DNA of 64,000 bases from Candidatus Nealsonbacteria bacterium (GTDB lineage: Bacteria > Patescibacteriota > Minisyncoccia > Minisyncoccales > RBG-13-42-11): positions 69,142 through 133,141 of the forward strand of contig JAPLXL010000002.1 in the NCBI GenBank assembly GCA_026396115.1. The letters run 5' to 3'. The position numbers were made by a program, and so were the translations under genes. Under the pieces are notes generated by a model, which was not told the origin of the DNA, searched no databases, and was given only the letters and a program-made list of their open reading frames with translations. This document shows, one piece after another, positions 8,801-19,126 of the stretch (position 1 is its first letter; every line of letters begins with the position of its first letter).

Positions 8801-10120
8801 ATGTCTATTTACGAACTGCCAAAATTTAAGATGCCGAAAATAAAACTGCCAAAATTTAACTTTCCTAAGTTTTTAAGGAACAGAATTTTTTGGCTGGCAG
8901 TTTTAATTATTTTTTTGTCTTCTTCTTTTGGTTTTTTAGCCGGAATTGTTTCTGGCAGTATTTTCTATTTGCAAATAAAAGATTATCTTTCCGGCTTAAA
9001 TATTAAACTTCCGGAAATTCAAAAATTGATTGAGAAAGAATATGTTTCTCAAACTACTCAAGAAGAAACAACAATAAATGTGGTAAAGAGCGCTTCTCCG
9101 GCAGTAGTCAGTATCGTTATCACCAAAGACGTTCCAATTATTGAAGAATATTACTACAACCCTTTTCCAGAATTTGGTCAGCAATTTCAAATTCCTCAAT
9201 ACCGGCAAAAAGGAACCCAAAAGCAGGAAGTTGGTGGAGGAACGGGCTTTATTGTTTCTGATGACGGAATGATTTTAACCAATAAACATGTGGTTTTAGA
9301 TACTGAAGCTGATTACACTGTTTTAACCAATGATGGGAAGAGTTATCCTGCCAAAGTTTTAGCTCGCGACCCTGTTCAGGATTTGGCAGTAATTAAGATT
9401 GACCAAGAAAAAATTGTGAATAGCCCGGGGAATTTCACTTTAACAAAGTTTCCAGTAGTAAGACTGGGTGATTCGGATGCTCTCCAAATCGGCCAGACCG
9501 TAATTGCCATCGGCAATGCCTTGGGAGAATTTCGAAATACGGTTTCAGTGGGTGTAGTTTCAGGTCTAGGGAGAAGCATTACTGCTTCAGGTGGCGGTTT
9601 ATCTGAAACTATTGAAGATGTTATCCAAACCGATACCGCTATTAATCAAGGGAATTCCGGTGGGCCGCTTCTTAACCTAAAAGGAGAGGTTGTTGGGATA
9701 GATACAGCTATGGTTCAGGGAGCCCAAAATATTGGTTTTGCTATTCCTATTAATAAAGCCAAAAAAGACATTGAGCAGATTAAAACCCTGGGGAAAATTG
9801 TTTACCCATATTTGGGGGTTAGATACGTTTTAATCACAGAAAAGATTCAGGAAGACAATAACTTGCTGGTTTCTTACGGTGCTTGGATTATTAAAGGATA
9901 CCAGGGAGAGTCAGCCGTTGCTTCTGGTTCAGCTGCTGAAAAAGCCGGCCTTAAAGAAAAAGACATAATTTTAGAGTTTAATGAAGAAAGGATTACTGTT
10001 GAAAATTCTTTAGCTAAAATTATTATGAAATATAACCCGGGAGACAGAGTTGTTTTGAAAATTTTGAGAAACGGCAAGGAAGAAATCATCCAGGCAACCC
10101 TGGACGAAATAAGCGAATAA
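8801..10120 (+). CDS. htrA: HtrA/DegP serine protease with PDZ domain
   Basis: GTGFIV, TNKHVV, DLAVIKI, AINQGNSGGPL triad; C-terminal PDZ; N-terminal TM helix. Confidence 0.92.
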   Translation: MSIYELPKFKMPKIKLPKFNFPKFLRNRIFWLAVLIIFLSSSFGFLAGIVSGSIFYLQIKDYLSGLNIKLPEIQKLIEKEYVSQTTQEETTINVVKSASPAVVSIVITKDVPIIEEYYYNPFPEFGQQFQIPQYRQKGTQKQEVGGGTGFIVSDDGMILTNKHVVLDTEADYTVLTNDGKSYPAKVLARDPVQDLAVIKIDQEKIVNSPGNFTLTKFPVVRLGDSDALQIGQTVIAIGNALGEFRNTVSVGVVSGLGRSITASGGGLSETIEDVIQTDTAINQGNSGGPLLNLKGEVVGIDTAMVQGAQNIGFAIPINKAKKDIEQIKTLGKIVYPYLGVRYVLITEKIQEDNNLLVSYGAWIIKGYQGESAVASGSAAEKAGLKEKDIILEFNEERITVENSLAKIIMKYNPGDRVVLKILRNGKEEIIQATLDEISE

Positions 10121-10157
10121 GAACAGTGTAATAAAAAAGGAAAGGAGGAAAAAACAC

Positions 10158-10340
10158 ATGGGCTTACATGGGACTGAGTCTAACCTGATAGAAAGGATGG
10201 ACGCCTATCAAAGAGAAGCAAGAGCAATAAAAAGAAAACTGGAAAACGGCGTTCCGGAAGAGAAAAGAGATAAGATTGAATCTCGCTTGAAAGACCTCAA
10301 AGGAAGATTAATTCCCGATCTTGTCCGAAAAATTTTTTAA
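10158..10340 (+). CDS. Small hypothetical protein (60 aa)
   Basis: AAGGAGG upstream; followed by terminator hairpin. Confidence 0.55.
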   Translation: MGLHGTESNLIERMDAYQREARAIKRKLENGVPEEKRDKIESRLKDLKGRLIPDLVRKIF

Positions 10341-10376
10341 GGGTTTTTATGCTTCTACTCGGAGCACAAAAGTCAG

Positions 10377-10420
10377 GGGGATACAAGATGCGTAAACAGC
10401 GGATTGTATCCCCTTTTTTT
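10377..10420 (+). terminator. Intrinsic terminator
   Basis: GGGGATACAA...TTGTATCCCC followed by T7. Confidence 0.75.
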
Positions 10421-10470
10421 ATTTTTGAGGTTTTATTTTTTTTAAATTGTATGCTATAAAGAAAATGAAA

Positions 10471-10525
10471 GGCGAAGAGGACTTCGTCCTCTTCTTTACC
10501 TTCGCTTTTATAAATAAAAGCTTGG
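10471..10525 (+). repeat. Family A element ending 3 nt before the clpB start
   Basis: GGC-GAAGAGGAC-TTC-GTCCTCTTC-TTTACCTTC-GCTTTTAT-AA-ATAAAAGC-TTGG. Confidence 0.85.
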
Positions 10526-10528
10526 TGT

Positions 10529-13219
10529 ATGAACGGTAATTTCACCCACAAATCTCAAGAGGTAATACTCCAGGCGCAGAATGCGGCCCAGGAAAGAGGC
10601 CAGCAGCAGATTGATGCTCTGCACCTCTTATACGCCCTGCTTTCTCAGGAAGAAAGCGTGGTTTTGAATTTGCTTGAAAGATTAGGAGCTGATATTGAGG
10701 ATTTAAAGAAGAAAACAAAGGCTGCCTTGGATAAAATTCCGGTAATTGCCACCACTCAAGTTTTTGGTCAATTGTATTTGACCCAGGATATGGCCAGGGT
10801 TTTAGAGAGAGCCAGACAGGAAGCCGCTAAAATGGGTGATGAATATATTTCGGTTGAACATTTATTTTTAGCTTTGTTAGATACTTCAACCAAAGCAAAA
10901 GAAATTTTAGACAAAACTAATTTTTTACAGCCGGGCGGCGGCGTCACTTCTTTGGAAATTGGCAAATTGGACTATGAAACAGTTTTGAAAACTTTAGCTC
11001 AGATTCGCGGAGGCCAAAGAATCACGGATCCCGAACCCGAATCAAAATATCAAGTTATTGAAAAATATGCCAGAAATTTAACTCAGTTGGCCCGTCAAGG
11101 GAAGTTGGATCCGGTAATTGGCAGGGAAAATGAAATCAGAAGATTAATGCAGGTTTTGTCGCGAAGAACAAAAAACAACCCGGTTTTAATTGGCGAAGCC
11201 GGGGTTGGCAAAACCGCCGTGGCCGAGGGCTTGGCTCAGAAAATTGTTTCCGGAAAAATTCCGGAATCCTTAAAAGATAAAGAAATTATTGCTTTGGATT
11301 TGGGAGCTTTGGTTGCCGGAACAAAATATCGGGGAGAATTTGAAGATAGAGTAAAAGCTCTTTTAAAAGAACTTAGTCGGTCAGGCGGCAGATATCTTCT
11401 GTTTATTGATGAACTGCATACCTTGGTTGGGGCCGGCGCGGCCGAAGGAGCGATTGATGCTTCTAATTTGTTAAAGCCGGCTTTGGGCCGGGGAGAATTA
11501 AGAGCAATTGGCGCCACCACCCTGAAAGAATATCAAAAATATATTGAAAAAGACCCGGCTTTAGAAAGAAGATTCCAGCCAATTTATGTTCAAGAGCCCA
11601 CAATTGAAGACACGGTGGATATTTTAAGAGGAATCAAAGAAAAATACGAACTTCATCACGGAGTAAAAATTAAGGATTCTGCCCTGGTGGCAGCTGCCGA
11701 GTTGGCTGCCCGTTATATTACCGACAGATTTTTGCCGGACAAAGCCGTAGATCTAATGGATGAAGCAATGAGCTCTTTAAGATTAGAAATTGAATCAGAA
11801 CCCTTAGAGCTTGAACAATTAAAAAATGAAATCCAAAAACTAGAAGTTGAAAAACGAGCCTTAAAGAAAAATAAAAAAAGACAAAAAGCAATTTCTCGCC
11901 AACTGGCTGATTTAAAAGAGAAAGCAAAAGAAATTGAAGCTCAATGGCAGGCAGAGAGAGAAGTTATTACTAAGATTAAAAACCTTAAAAAAGAAATAGA
12001 AAGTACTCGTTTTGAAGTAGAAAGAGCCCAGACCCAGGCCGATCTCCAAAAAGTGGCTGAATTAAAATACGGAAAAATTCCCAACCTTTTAAAAGAATTG
12101 AAGTCGGTTGAAAGAAAATTAGTTAGATTCCAAAAATCAAGACCAATTTTAAAAGAAGAAGTTTCAGAGGAAGAATTGGCCAGGGTTGTTTCTCTCTGGA
12201 CCGGCATTCCGGTTACTCGGCTTTTGGAAGAAGAAGTTAAAAAATTAGAAAAAATGGAAAATCTTCTTCAAAAAAGAGTCGTTGGCCAAAAAGAAGCAAT
12301 TTTGGCAATTTCTAATGCAATTCGAAGGGCAAGAGCTGGAATTTCAGAAGAAAACAGGCCTGTGGGCTCTTTTATGTTTTTAGGACCAACCGGTGTCGGC
12401 AAGACCGAAACTGCTAAAGCTTTGGCTGAATTTCTTTTTAACGACGAAAACGCTTTGATCAGGTTGGATATGTCAGAATATATGGAAAAGCACACTGTGT
12501 CGCGAATGATTGGTTCTCCTCCGGGCTATGTTGGTTACGAAGAAGGAGGTCAATTGACCGACAAAATCAGAAGAAGGCCTTATAGCGTAATTTTGATGGA
12601 CGAAATTGAAAAAGCCCATCCCGATGTTTTTAATATCCTTCTTCAGATTTTAGAAGACGGCAGATTGACCGACGCCAAAGGCAGAACAGCTTCTTTTAAA
12701 AACGCTATTTTGATTATGACTTCAAACGTTGGTTCAGACATTATCGCCAAAGAAGCGTCACTTGGTTTTATTGGTGGTGACGAAGCAATGGAAGCCAGGG
12801 AAAATTTAAAAGAAAAAGTAATGTCAGCTTTAAAGGAAAACTTCCGGCCCGAATTCCTGAATAGAATTGATGAAATTATTATTTTTAACTATCTCGGCAA
12901 AATGGAAATTAAAAAGATAGTTGATTTGCAATTGGCCATTGTTAGCGAACGCCTTAAACAAAAGAAAATTGAAATTAAGGTTACAGAACAAGCCAAAGAA
13001 TTTTTAGCCGAACGTGGTTTTGACCAGAACCTGGGAGCCAGGCCCTTAAAAAGAGTGATTCAGAAAATGGTTTTAGATCCTCTGGCTTTGAAAATAGTTT
13101 CCGGCGAGTTGAAAGAGAAAGACAATATAGTTGTTGATTTGCAGAATAACGAAATTGTTTTTAGAACTTTTGAAGATTTAGTAAAAAATGTTTCCAAAGA
13201 GAAACTTTTGGTTAAATAA
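10529..13219 (+). CDS. clpB: ATP-dependent chaperone ClpB
   Basis: Two AAA+ modules ([16 protein letters not shown]), Clp N-domain, M-domain AELKYGKIP. Confidence 0.93.
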   Translation: MNGNFTHKSQEVILQAQNAAQERGQQQIDALHLLYALLSQEESVVLNLLERLGADIEDLKKKTKAALDKIPVIATTQVFGQLYLTQDMARVLERARQEAAKMGDEYISVEHLFLALLDTSTKAKEILDKTNFLQPGGGVTSLEIGKLDYETVLKTLAQIRGGQRITDPEPESKYQVIEKYARNLTQLARQGKLDPVIGRENEIRRLMQVLSRRTKNNPVLIGEAGVGKTAVAEGLAQKIVSGKIPESLKDKEIIALDLGALVAGTKYRGEFEDRVKALLKELSRSGGRYLLFIDELHTLVGAGAAEGAIDASNLLKPALGRGELRAIGATTLKEYQKYIEKDPALERRFQPIYVQEPTIEDTVDILRGIKEKYELHHGVKIKDSALVAAAELAARYITDRFLPDKAVDLMDEAMSSLRLEIESEPLELEQLKNEIQKLEVEKRALKKNKKRQKAISRQLADLKEKAKEIEAQWQAEREVITKIKNLKKEIESTRFEVERAQTQADLQKVAELKYGKIPNLLKELKSVERKLVRFQKSRPILKEEVSEEELARVVSLWTGIPVTRLLEEEVKKLEKMENLLQKRVVGQKEAILAISNAIRRARAGISEENRPVGSFMFLGPTGVGKTETAKALAEFLFNDENALIRLDMSEYMEKHTVSRMIGSPPGYVGYEEGGQLTDKIRRRPYSVILMDEIEKAHPDVFNILLQILEDGRLTDAKGRTASFKNAILIMTSNVGSDIIAKEASLGFIGGDEAMEARENLKEKVMSALKENFRPEFLNRIDEIIIFNYLGKMEIKKIVDLQLAIVSERLKQKKIEIKVTEQAKEFLAERGFDQNLGARPLKRVIQKMVLDPLALKIVSGELKEKDNIVVDLQNNEIVFRTFEDLVKNVSKEKLLVK

Positions 13220-13935
13220 TGTTAAAAAACATTCTTAAAATTATTACCATTTTTATTATTGGAATGGTTGGTGGGATTTTCGCCAATCAGATTTTATGGC
13301 CTTATTTTGTTGAAAGGCCGCTTTTTTATCAATACGGCTTGGAGGAGAGCCCGACTTATATAACAGAAACAAAGGAAATAATTATTCAGGAAAATATCGC
13401 CCTTAAAGACGCGCTTGAGAAAGTAAAAAAAACAGTAGCCGGAGTGAGAACTCAAACCAAAACAGGTAAGGTTTTGGAGGGTTCCGGTTTTATCGTTACT
13501 TCCGACGGTTTAATGGTTACCCTGGCTGAACTCGTGCCCCAGGGCTCAGATTTCACCTTTTTTATAGATAACGAGTCGGTCTCTTTCCAAATTTTAAAAA
13601 GAGATTTAAAAGAAAATTTAGCTTTAATAAAAATTTCAGATTCTGTCTTTACCACGGTCAGCTTTGCCAGATTGGAGAAATTGAAAATGGGGGAGAGGGT
13701 TTTTTTGATCGGAGTTACCTTTGAAAATGAAATTCCTTCAAAACTGGTGAATGAAGGAATTGTTAAAACTTTTGACGAAAACTTTATTCAAACCAACATC
13801 CTTGAAAGCAGTCTTTTTGCCGGCAGCCCTCTTTTTAACATTGAAGGAGAAGTTCTGGGAATAAACACGATTGATTCTAAAGGGAGGGTCATTGCCATTC
13901 CCATTTCCAAAATCAGAGAATTCGTCGGATTGTAA
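13219..13935 (+). CDS. Membrane-anchored trypsin-like (HtrA-like) protein, probably catalytically inactive
   Basis: GSGFIVTSDG and GSPLFNIEGEVLGIN align to HtrA but the triad residues are replaced. Confidence 0.75.
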   Translation: MLKNILKIITIFIIGMVGGIFANQILWPYFVERPLFYQYGLEESPTYITETKEIIIQENIALKDALEKVKKTVAGVRTQTKTGKVLEGSGFIVTSDGLMVTLAELVPQGSDFTFFIDNESVSFQILKRDLKENLALIKISDSVFTTVSFARLEKLKMGERVFLIGVTFENEIPSKLVNEGIVKTFDENFIQTNILESSLFAGSPLFNIEGEVLGINTIDSKGRVIAIPISKIREFVGL

Positions 13936-13942
13936 AAATATA

Positions 13943-13977
13943 AAAAGCTCACCAGATTAACTCTGTGTGAGCTTTTT
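13943..13977. terminator. Bidirectional terminator
   Basis: AAAAGCTCAC...GTGAGCTTTTT between convergent genes. Confidence 0.65.
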
Positions 13978-13989
13978 GTTTTTTATTAT

Positions 13990-14301
13990 CTATTTATTGG
14001 TATATTTTCCAATATTTTTTACCCGTCCCATATCTACTTCTTTTTCTTTTATCTCTCCTTCATTTATTTTCGGGTTTTTCATGATCCAAATCAAGAATTT
14101 CGAGCCCAAACAAGCAATAGATATTAGGCCTATTGTCTGTGCTATCAAGACACTATTAATTTGAAGGTAATAAATCTTGGCAATAAGATGTGCCTCAATA
14201 ATGACCTTACGGCAAAACCATATTGTTGATATTACCGTAACAAGACCTGTCACTACTTGCGCCACAAGTATTCTAAATCTTTCCATCATTTCTATTTTCA
14301 C
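13990..14301 (-). CDS. Hypothetical membrane protein
   Basis: 103-aa ORF with two hydrophobic segments and a purine-rich leader. Confidence 0.5.
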   Translation of the reverse strand: MKIEMMERFRILVAQVVTGLVTVISTIWFCRKVIIEAHLIAKIYYLQINSVLIAQTIGLISIACLGSKFLIWIMKNPKINEGEIKEKEVDMGRVKNIGKYTNK

Positions 14302-14470
14302 CTCTCTTTCTTTCCATATTTATATTTTTAAAAAAAGAAAAATTTCTTTTTAACTAACTATACCTTAACATATTTAAAATAAAAAGTCAAGCCAGAAAGC
14401 ACTTTTTGAAATAAGTTATCCACAGGGGCGGGTTGTTTTTTTGTTTTTGGATTTGTTATGATAGGAAAAT

Positions 14471-14572
14471 ATGGCAAATTTTAAAAAATTTTTGAATAAA
14501 AAATTTCTTTTTGTTTTTGTATTTGTTTTAATCCTCGCTGTCGGAGGATTATTTTTTTGGTGGCAGAGATAA
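14471..14572 (+). pseudogene. Short ORF or 5' gene remnant, membrane anchor only (MANFKKFLNKKFLFVFVFVLILAVGGLFFWWQR)
   Basis: Basic N-terminus plus TM helix then a stop; TGTTATGAT extended -10 just upstream; not in the ORF track. Confidence 0.5.
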
Positions 14573-14674
14573 TTATTAAAATCTCGAATAAGATATAGTT
14601 TAAGTGAAAGAAAGCCCATCGCTGGCGGCGGGCTTTATGTTTTCCGCCAGATAAAATTTGATAAACGCCTTATT

Positions 14675-15022
14675 ATGAGATATTTATTTCTTGTGTTAAC
14701 GAGAGGACTTGCGACCTTTATTGTGCTTTTACTTAGCGTAATTTTTATTTTCTTATTTTTTCATAAAGTCCTTGATGGTTCTTTAGAGCTTATTATTTTT
14801 GCCCTGCTTGGATATATTACTGGAGCTATAATTCAGCCGAGCCACGAGTTTTTATTGCGTTTAAGGGCTCATAAAAGCAACTCTGAGATTGATTATGAAC
14901 TTGAGGCGCTTGAGACAATGGCACCACTATTAATTCGTTTTCGTAAGAGGACAGCCGATATTGTTTTTGATATTACTTTATTGGCGGGTATTATAGCTTT
15001 CTTTTTTGTCATTTTCTTTTAA
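14675..15022 (+). CDS. Hypothetical membrane protein
   Basis: 115 aa, about 3 TM segments. Confidence 0.6.
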   Translation: MRYLFLVLTRGLATFIVLLLSVIFIFLFFHKVLDGSLELIIFALLGYITGAIIQPSHEFLLRLRAHKSNSEIDYELEALETMAPLLIRFRKRTADIVFDITLLAGIIAFFFVIFF

Positions 15023-15038
15023 TATAGGAGAATAATCT

Positions 15039-15440
15039 ATGGAAACGGAAAGAATAAAACAATTTTCATTTTGGAAGGCCCTTTTAGTAGTTTTTGTAAT
15101 AATCTTAGCTACATCAGGAATAACTTTTGGGTTTTTAGGTTTATACGACGAGGGTTTTATTGAGGGATTTAGTGGTCTTCTGATAATTGCTTTTATATTG
15201 GCACCAATCTTTACCTTTTTTATTAAGTGGCGGAGAGATTATAGGTTAACTGGTAAGCTATTCACTTTAAATTACAAAGAAATTAAGAGCTGGCAATTTC
15301 TATTTGCAGTTTTATTTTTTATATTTTCAATTTTTACAGTAGCAAGCACCTTCTTTCCGTCTGATTATAAAAATTTTAATTCTTTGCCACCAATCCAAAT
15401 AAATCCCGATGATTGGAACCCTTATGGTTATTATGGGTAA
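15039..15440 (+). CDS. Hypothetical membrane protein
   Basis: 133 aa, about 3 TM segments, AGGAG upstream. Confidence 0.6.
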   Translation: METERIKQFSFWKALLVVFVIILATSGITFGFLGLYDEGFIEGFSGLLIIAFILAPIFTFFIKWRRDYRLTGKLFTLNYKEIKSWQFLFAVLFFIFSIFTVASTFFPSDYKNFNSLPPIQINPDDWNPYGYYG

Positions 15441-15454
15441 CAAAAAGTCAAATT

Positions 15455-15480
15455 AAAGCCCCTCAAGCGGGGCTTTTTTT
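15455..15480. terminator. Intrinsic terminator
   Basis: AAAGCCCC-TCAAGC-GGGGCTTTTTTT between convergent genes. Confidence 0.7.
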
Positions 15481-15563
15481 GATATAAAATGTCTATTAAG
15501 AGAAAAATCTTTTAAAAGGGGGCTTTTATTTTTCAGTTGAAACTCTGGCTAAGATTATAGCTT

Positions 15564-18500
15564 TCATAGTTTCTGAGTATTTACCAATTTATAATAAGGA
15601 TTTTTAGAGCATTTTGCCTTGATTTTTTCTGCCTTATTTAACCCTAAACCTTCTAACCCAATGTTGAAATATAGCGCAAAAACTAAATCATCAATATAGT
15701 TTTTCAGCTCTTGTTGTTTATCATAATCAATAATTGGTAAGGTTTTTAATTCAGATAAACTAATTATTGATTTTTCTAATTTTAATCCCTTACTATTATA
15801 TTTCTCGTCAATTGTTTTCTTAACTAAATTTTTACCACCTTTTATATGAATTTTAATTTTTTCTTTATCTTTTTCTAAAATTAGATTATTGCTTTCTACT
15901 GAAACGTTATCAAATTTTTGGAGCATTACTTTTGAAAAATCAACAAAGTGGGATAGCGTTTCCTCCCCTAACTTTAACATTTTTTCCACGCTATTTATGA
16001 TTTCATTTTTTATTTTTTGATTACCATCTGTAATTTTAGGTATTCGCACGAATTCTTTGATAGCCCTCAGCGGTATAAAATAATCTTTTTCATTTTCTTG
16101 TCTGAGATTTTCTTCAAGAATCAATTTGGTAATAGGAGAATTAAGTAAGGAAAAATAAAATAATAATTCGTTTTTTGAGTTAGAACTAACAGTCAACGAT
16201 TGGTTATTGATTAGGAGAATATTTCTATCTGTGAATTGGAAACGATTAGCAAATCTCGTTCGCCAGATGATTTTAAATTTTTTATGGAAGGTAGCTATTC
16301 CTTGACTTCCAGAAGGAAATTCAAAAGAACCATTGATAGGATAATATTTCTCGCTTTTACTTATCGTATATGCATCCCAATCGTTAGTTTTATAGTCAAA
16401 AATTTCAAAACAGTCATCATTAGCTCGGTTTTTAATTGAATCTTCGTTTATTATAACCCCTCCATCAAAAGAAAAGTCATCGTTGGGAGTTAATTTAACT
16501 CTAAAAGATGAGATATCAATCGTATTTTTCTTATATTCTTCGTGGAAATTTAAAAATTTCTTCTCTTGTTTAATAAAATTCCAGTTTGCGACATTCTGTA
16601 ATAATTCTTCTTGCGGGATTTCTTTCTCGGAAATTTTCTCTCCCTTAAGAATATTCTGTAAAGTTTCTTCTATGTTGTCATCAGGATTTTTATAATTTAT
16701 TACCTTAACCTTATTTGTTGCCAAAGGTATTTTTCTGCTAAGAACGAAAATCAAACTTGAAGTAGGTACTGGTTTATCTTGTTTCAACCCCCTACCTATA
16801 AACATTTTCCCACTGAAAATTATGATTTTTTCAAGGGTTGTAAATTTAGCCAAATGATAACGAAGGACATCAAGGTCGCCAGCGTTTAATAATGTTTGAG
16901 GAATAATATAGCATAGTTTTCCGTTGTCTTTCAATAATGCAATTCCTAAAGCAATAAAAAAGGCATAGAGGTTGGGCTTTGGAGAGTATGGTTTAATCCT
17001 ATTAGGCACGGTATTTAAATTTACGCCATAAATATCACTCATCTGAACTTTTTTATCCTGTATAAGCTTTACTATTAAAACGCCCTGTTTAGAAGATTCG
17101 TTATATCCAATATACGGTGGATTGCCGATTACATAATCAAATCTTTTTCTTGGCGGACGCATACTTTTTTTCGTATTTTCTAAATCACCTTTTTCTCTCA
17201 TATAACTATCAAATTCAAATTCTAATTTCTTAATATTAAAAAGTGGTCGTTGCCCTCCGCCAATGCCCATAAGGTCGTTTTCAGTATTGTTTATCTCTGA
17301 AAAAATAAACTCTGATATTGAATCTTTTGTCCAGAAAACTTTAATTTTTTTATCAATTGGATTGTTGTATTTTTCGTTAATAATCAACGGCAACATTCTC
17401 ATCACAATGTTCATCTCAGCCAGATATAGTGGAAATTCCGCTATATCTAAACCAAAAACATTTTCATTAACCAGTTCTTCTACCTCTTTTGAAGAATTTT
17501 CTGAGCCGTTCGGCACGGCGTTGATAATTTGATTAACAGCACTATATAAAAAAGTTCCACTACCGCAAGATGGGTCAATAATAGAAATATAATTTTCTTC
17601 AGGGTTATTATCTAACCTCTTTTTAATATTTTCTGGGTTATAACCAATCTGTTTAAGCATAAAGTTGACCACATCTGGGTCTGTGAAATATTGTCCCTTT
17701 TGTTCTTCTTTGTAGAGTTCCTTTAAGTAGTTTTCGTAGATATAACCAAATATTTCATTTCGGACATTGGCGAAGTTATATTTTTTAATAAATACAAAAA
17801 TGTCTAACCACGGGGAGACATCGTGCAGTTCGTTTTTAGGTTTACGCAAAAGCTCTATGAGTTTATTTGTAATAAATTCTTGTTCTTTAGCGAATGGACG
17901 ATAAATATTTTTAGATATTTCATTAGAAATACCATCAATAATACCTAAAATTTTGCCGTATTGCTTTACCTTTAAGCACTCGTAAATACCATTTTGAATA
18001 TCTGTAAACTCTTTTTTAAAAGAACTAAAATCGTTATCTACTAATGTTTTATAGAGTATAAATTGGATAATATAAGCATAAGTAATCTCAATAGCAATTT
18101 TTCCTTTTTGTTTTTTATCGGTAGTCTCTAAATATCCTTCAATCTCTAGCTTATTTTTAAAATCTCTTATTAAGGTTGTTATGTCCCTAAAAAAGTCTTG
18201 TCTTTTTTTATCTATCGAAATATCCTCTGGAATAATCTTTAATTGTCCTTTTTCCTCAAAAAATGATAAATAATAAAATTCTGGCTTGATATACTCCTCC
18301 CAATATTCCCTAAATAATTCAGGATTTTCAAAAATTTGCTTCAAATTAAATTCTTTTAGTAAATAAGCATTATTATAAAATTGCCAAGTATAACCATCTG
18401 TCAAAATCCCATATTTTTTATCTAAATCAAGTTGATATTGAAGTAATTGGCTAAGGCCGTTTTCAATGTTTCCGTATTGCTCCACCTCAAGAGGAATATT

Positions 18501-18740
18501 TATTTCGGGATTTATATAAATAATAATATCAGCCAAACGTCTAGCTTTTGTTTTAGTTTCTTCTGTGAATTCGTTATTTCTTCTTTCTAATGGAGTAGAG
18601 CTCAGCCCTTCTTTTAAATTAAAAATATCCTCAGATTTAAGAAAATCTTTAACAAATTTCTGAACGCCAGAGCCAACTTCTCGGGTTTTATAATCCTCTT
18701 TTTCTTTATTCCATTTGGTTTTTAGTTCCCTTATATTCAT
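15564..18740 (-). CDS. Type IIG-like restriction-modification enzyme (nuclease-like N-terminus, N6-adenine MTase, target recognition region)
   Basis: GQYFTD, DPSCGSGTFL (motif I), VIGNPPY (motif IV); N-terminal ADII..EVE..QLLQY..GILTDG resembling HsdR_N. Confidence 0.85.
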   Translation of the reverse strand: MNIRELKTKWNKEKEDYKTREVGSGVQKFVKDFLKSEDIFNLKEGLSSTPLERRNNEFTEETKTKARRLADIIIYINPEINIPLEVEQYGNIENGLSQLLQYQLDLDKKYGILTDGYTWQFYNNAYLLKEFNLKQIFENPELFREYWEEYIKPEFYYLSFFEEKGQLKIIPEDISIDKKRQDFFRDITTLIRDFKNKLEIEGYLETTDKKQKGKIAIEITYAYIIQFILYKTLVDNDFSSFKKEFTDIQNGIYECLKVKQYGKILGIIDGISNEISKNIYRPFAKEQEFITNKLIELLRKPKNELHDVSPWLDIFVFIKKYNFANVRNEIFGYIYENYLKELYKEEQKGQYFTDPDVVNFMLKQIGYNPENIKKRLDNNPEENYISIIDPSCGSGTFLYSAVNQIINAVPNGSENSSKEVEELVNENVFGLDIAEFPLYLAEMNIVMRMLPLIINEKYNNPIDKKIKVFWTKDSISEFIFSEINNTENDLMGIGGGQRPLFNIKKLEFEFDSYMREKGDLENTKKSMRPPRKRFDYVIGNPPYIGYNESSKQGVLIVKLIQDKKVQMSDIYGVNLNTVPNRIKPYSPKPNLYAFFIALGIALLKDNGKLCYIIPQTLLNAGDLDVLRYHLAKFTTLEKIIIFSGKMFIGRGLKQDKPVPTSSLIFVLSRKIPLATNKVKVINYKNPDDNIEETLQNILKGEKISEKEIPQEELLQNVANWNFIKQEKKFLNFHEEYKKNTIDISSFRVKLTPNDDFSFDGGVIINEDSIKNRANDDCFEIFDYKTNDWDAYTISKSEKYYPINGSFEFPSGSQGIATFHKKFKIIWRTRFANRFQFTDRNILLINNQSLTVSSNSKNELLFYFSLLNSPITKLILEENLRQENEKDYFIPLRAIKEFVRIPKITDGNQKIKNEIINSVEKMLKLGEETLSHFVDFSKVMLQKFDNVSVESNNLILEKDKEKIKIHIKGGKNLVKKTIDEKYNSKGLKLEKSIISLSELKTLPIIDYDKQQELKNYIDDLVFALYFNIGLEGLGLNKAEKIKAKCSKNPYYKLVNTQKL

Positions 18741-18744
18741 AAAT

Positions 18745-18921
18745 CTATTTCGTTTTTACTTTATTTAAAAACTTATTAAATTCTTCTTTATCAATTCTAA
18801 ACTCTTTGCCTATTTTATAGGCTTTCAACTTCCCCCTTTTGATATAGCGGTAAATAGTCATAATATTTACCCTTAATTTGTTTGCTAATTCTTGAGTTGT
18901 ATAAAAATCATTCTCTTTCAT
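18745..18921 (-). CDS. Excisionase-family HTH (HTH_17-like) protein, 58 aa, missing from the ORF track
   Basis: Manual translation MKENDFYTTQELANKLRVNIMTIYRYIKRGKLKAYKIGKEFRIDKEEFNKFLNKVKTK. Confidence 0.88.
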   Translation of the reverse strand: MKENDFYTTQELANKLRVNIMTIYRYIKRGKLKAYKIGKEFRIDKEEFNKFLNKVKTK

Positions 18922-18929
18922 ACACTTTC

Positions 18930-18958
18930 ATTATACTTTACAATTCTTTACAAGCCAA
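18930..18958 (-). promoter_or_regulatory. Sigma70-type promoter with tandem operator-like repeats
   Basis: Minus strand TTGGCT-N17-TATAAT; TTGTAAAG occurs twice at a 10-bp period across the -35/spacer. Confidence 0.6.
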
Positions 18959-19126
18959 GTGGATAACTTTATCATTGTAAAAACAAAAAGCCCATCGCTG
19001 GGCTATTTTTTATTTTTTGCTTAGGAGGCGTTCTTTATTTGGACACTTGACAAGTATTCTGAAAGGATTATGATGGACAATGAAAGGTCGAAGTAAGACA
19101 TAGATTGACATTAATCAATAAAATAT

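Noticed and set aside
14414..18968. DnaA-box-like TTATCCACA at 14416 and an inverted near-match at about 18958
   Set aside because: Isolated boxes with no cluster and no dnaA/dnaN nearby; not enough for oriC.
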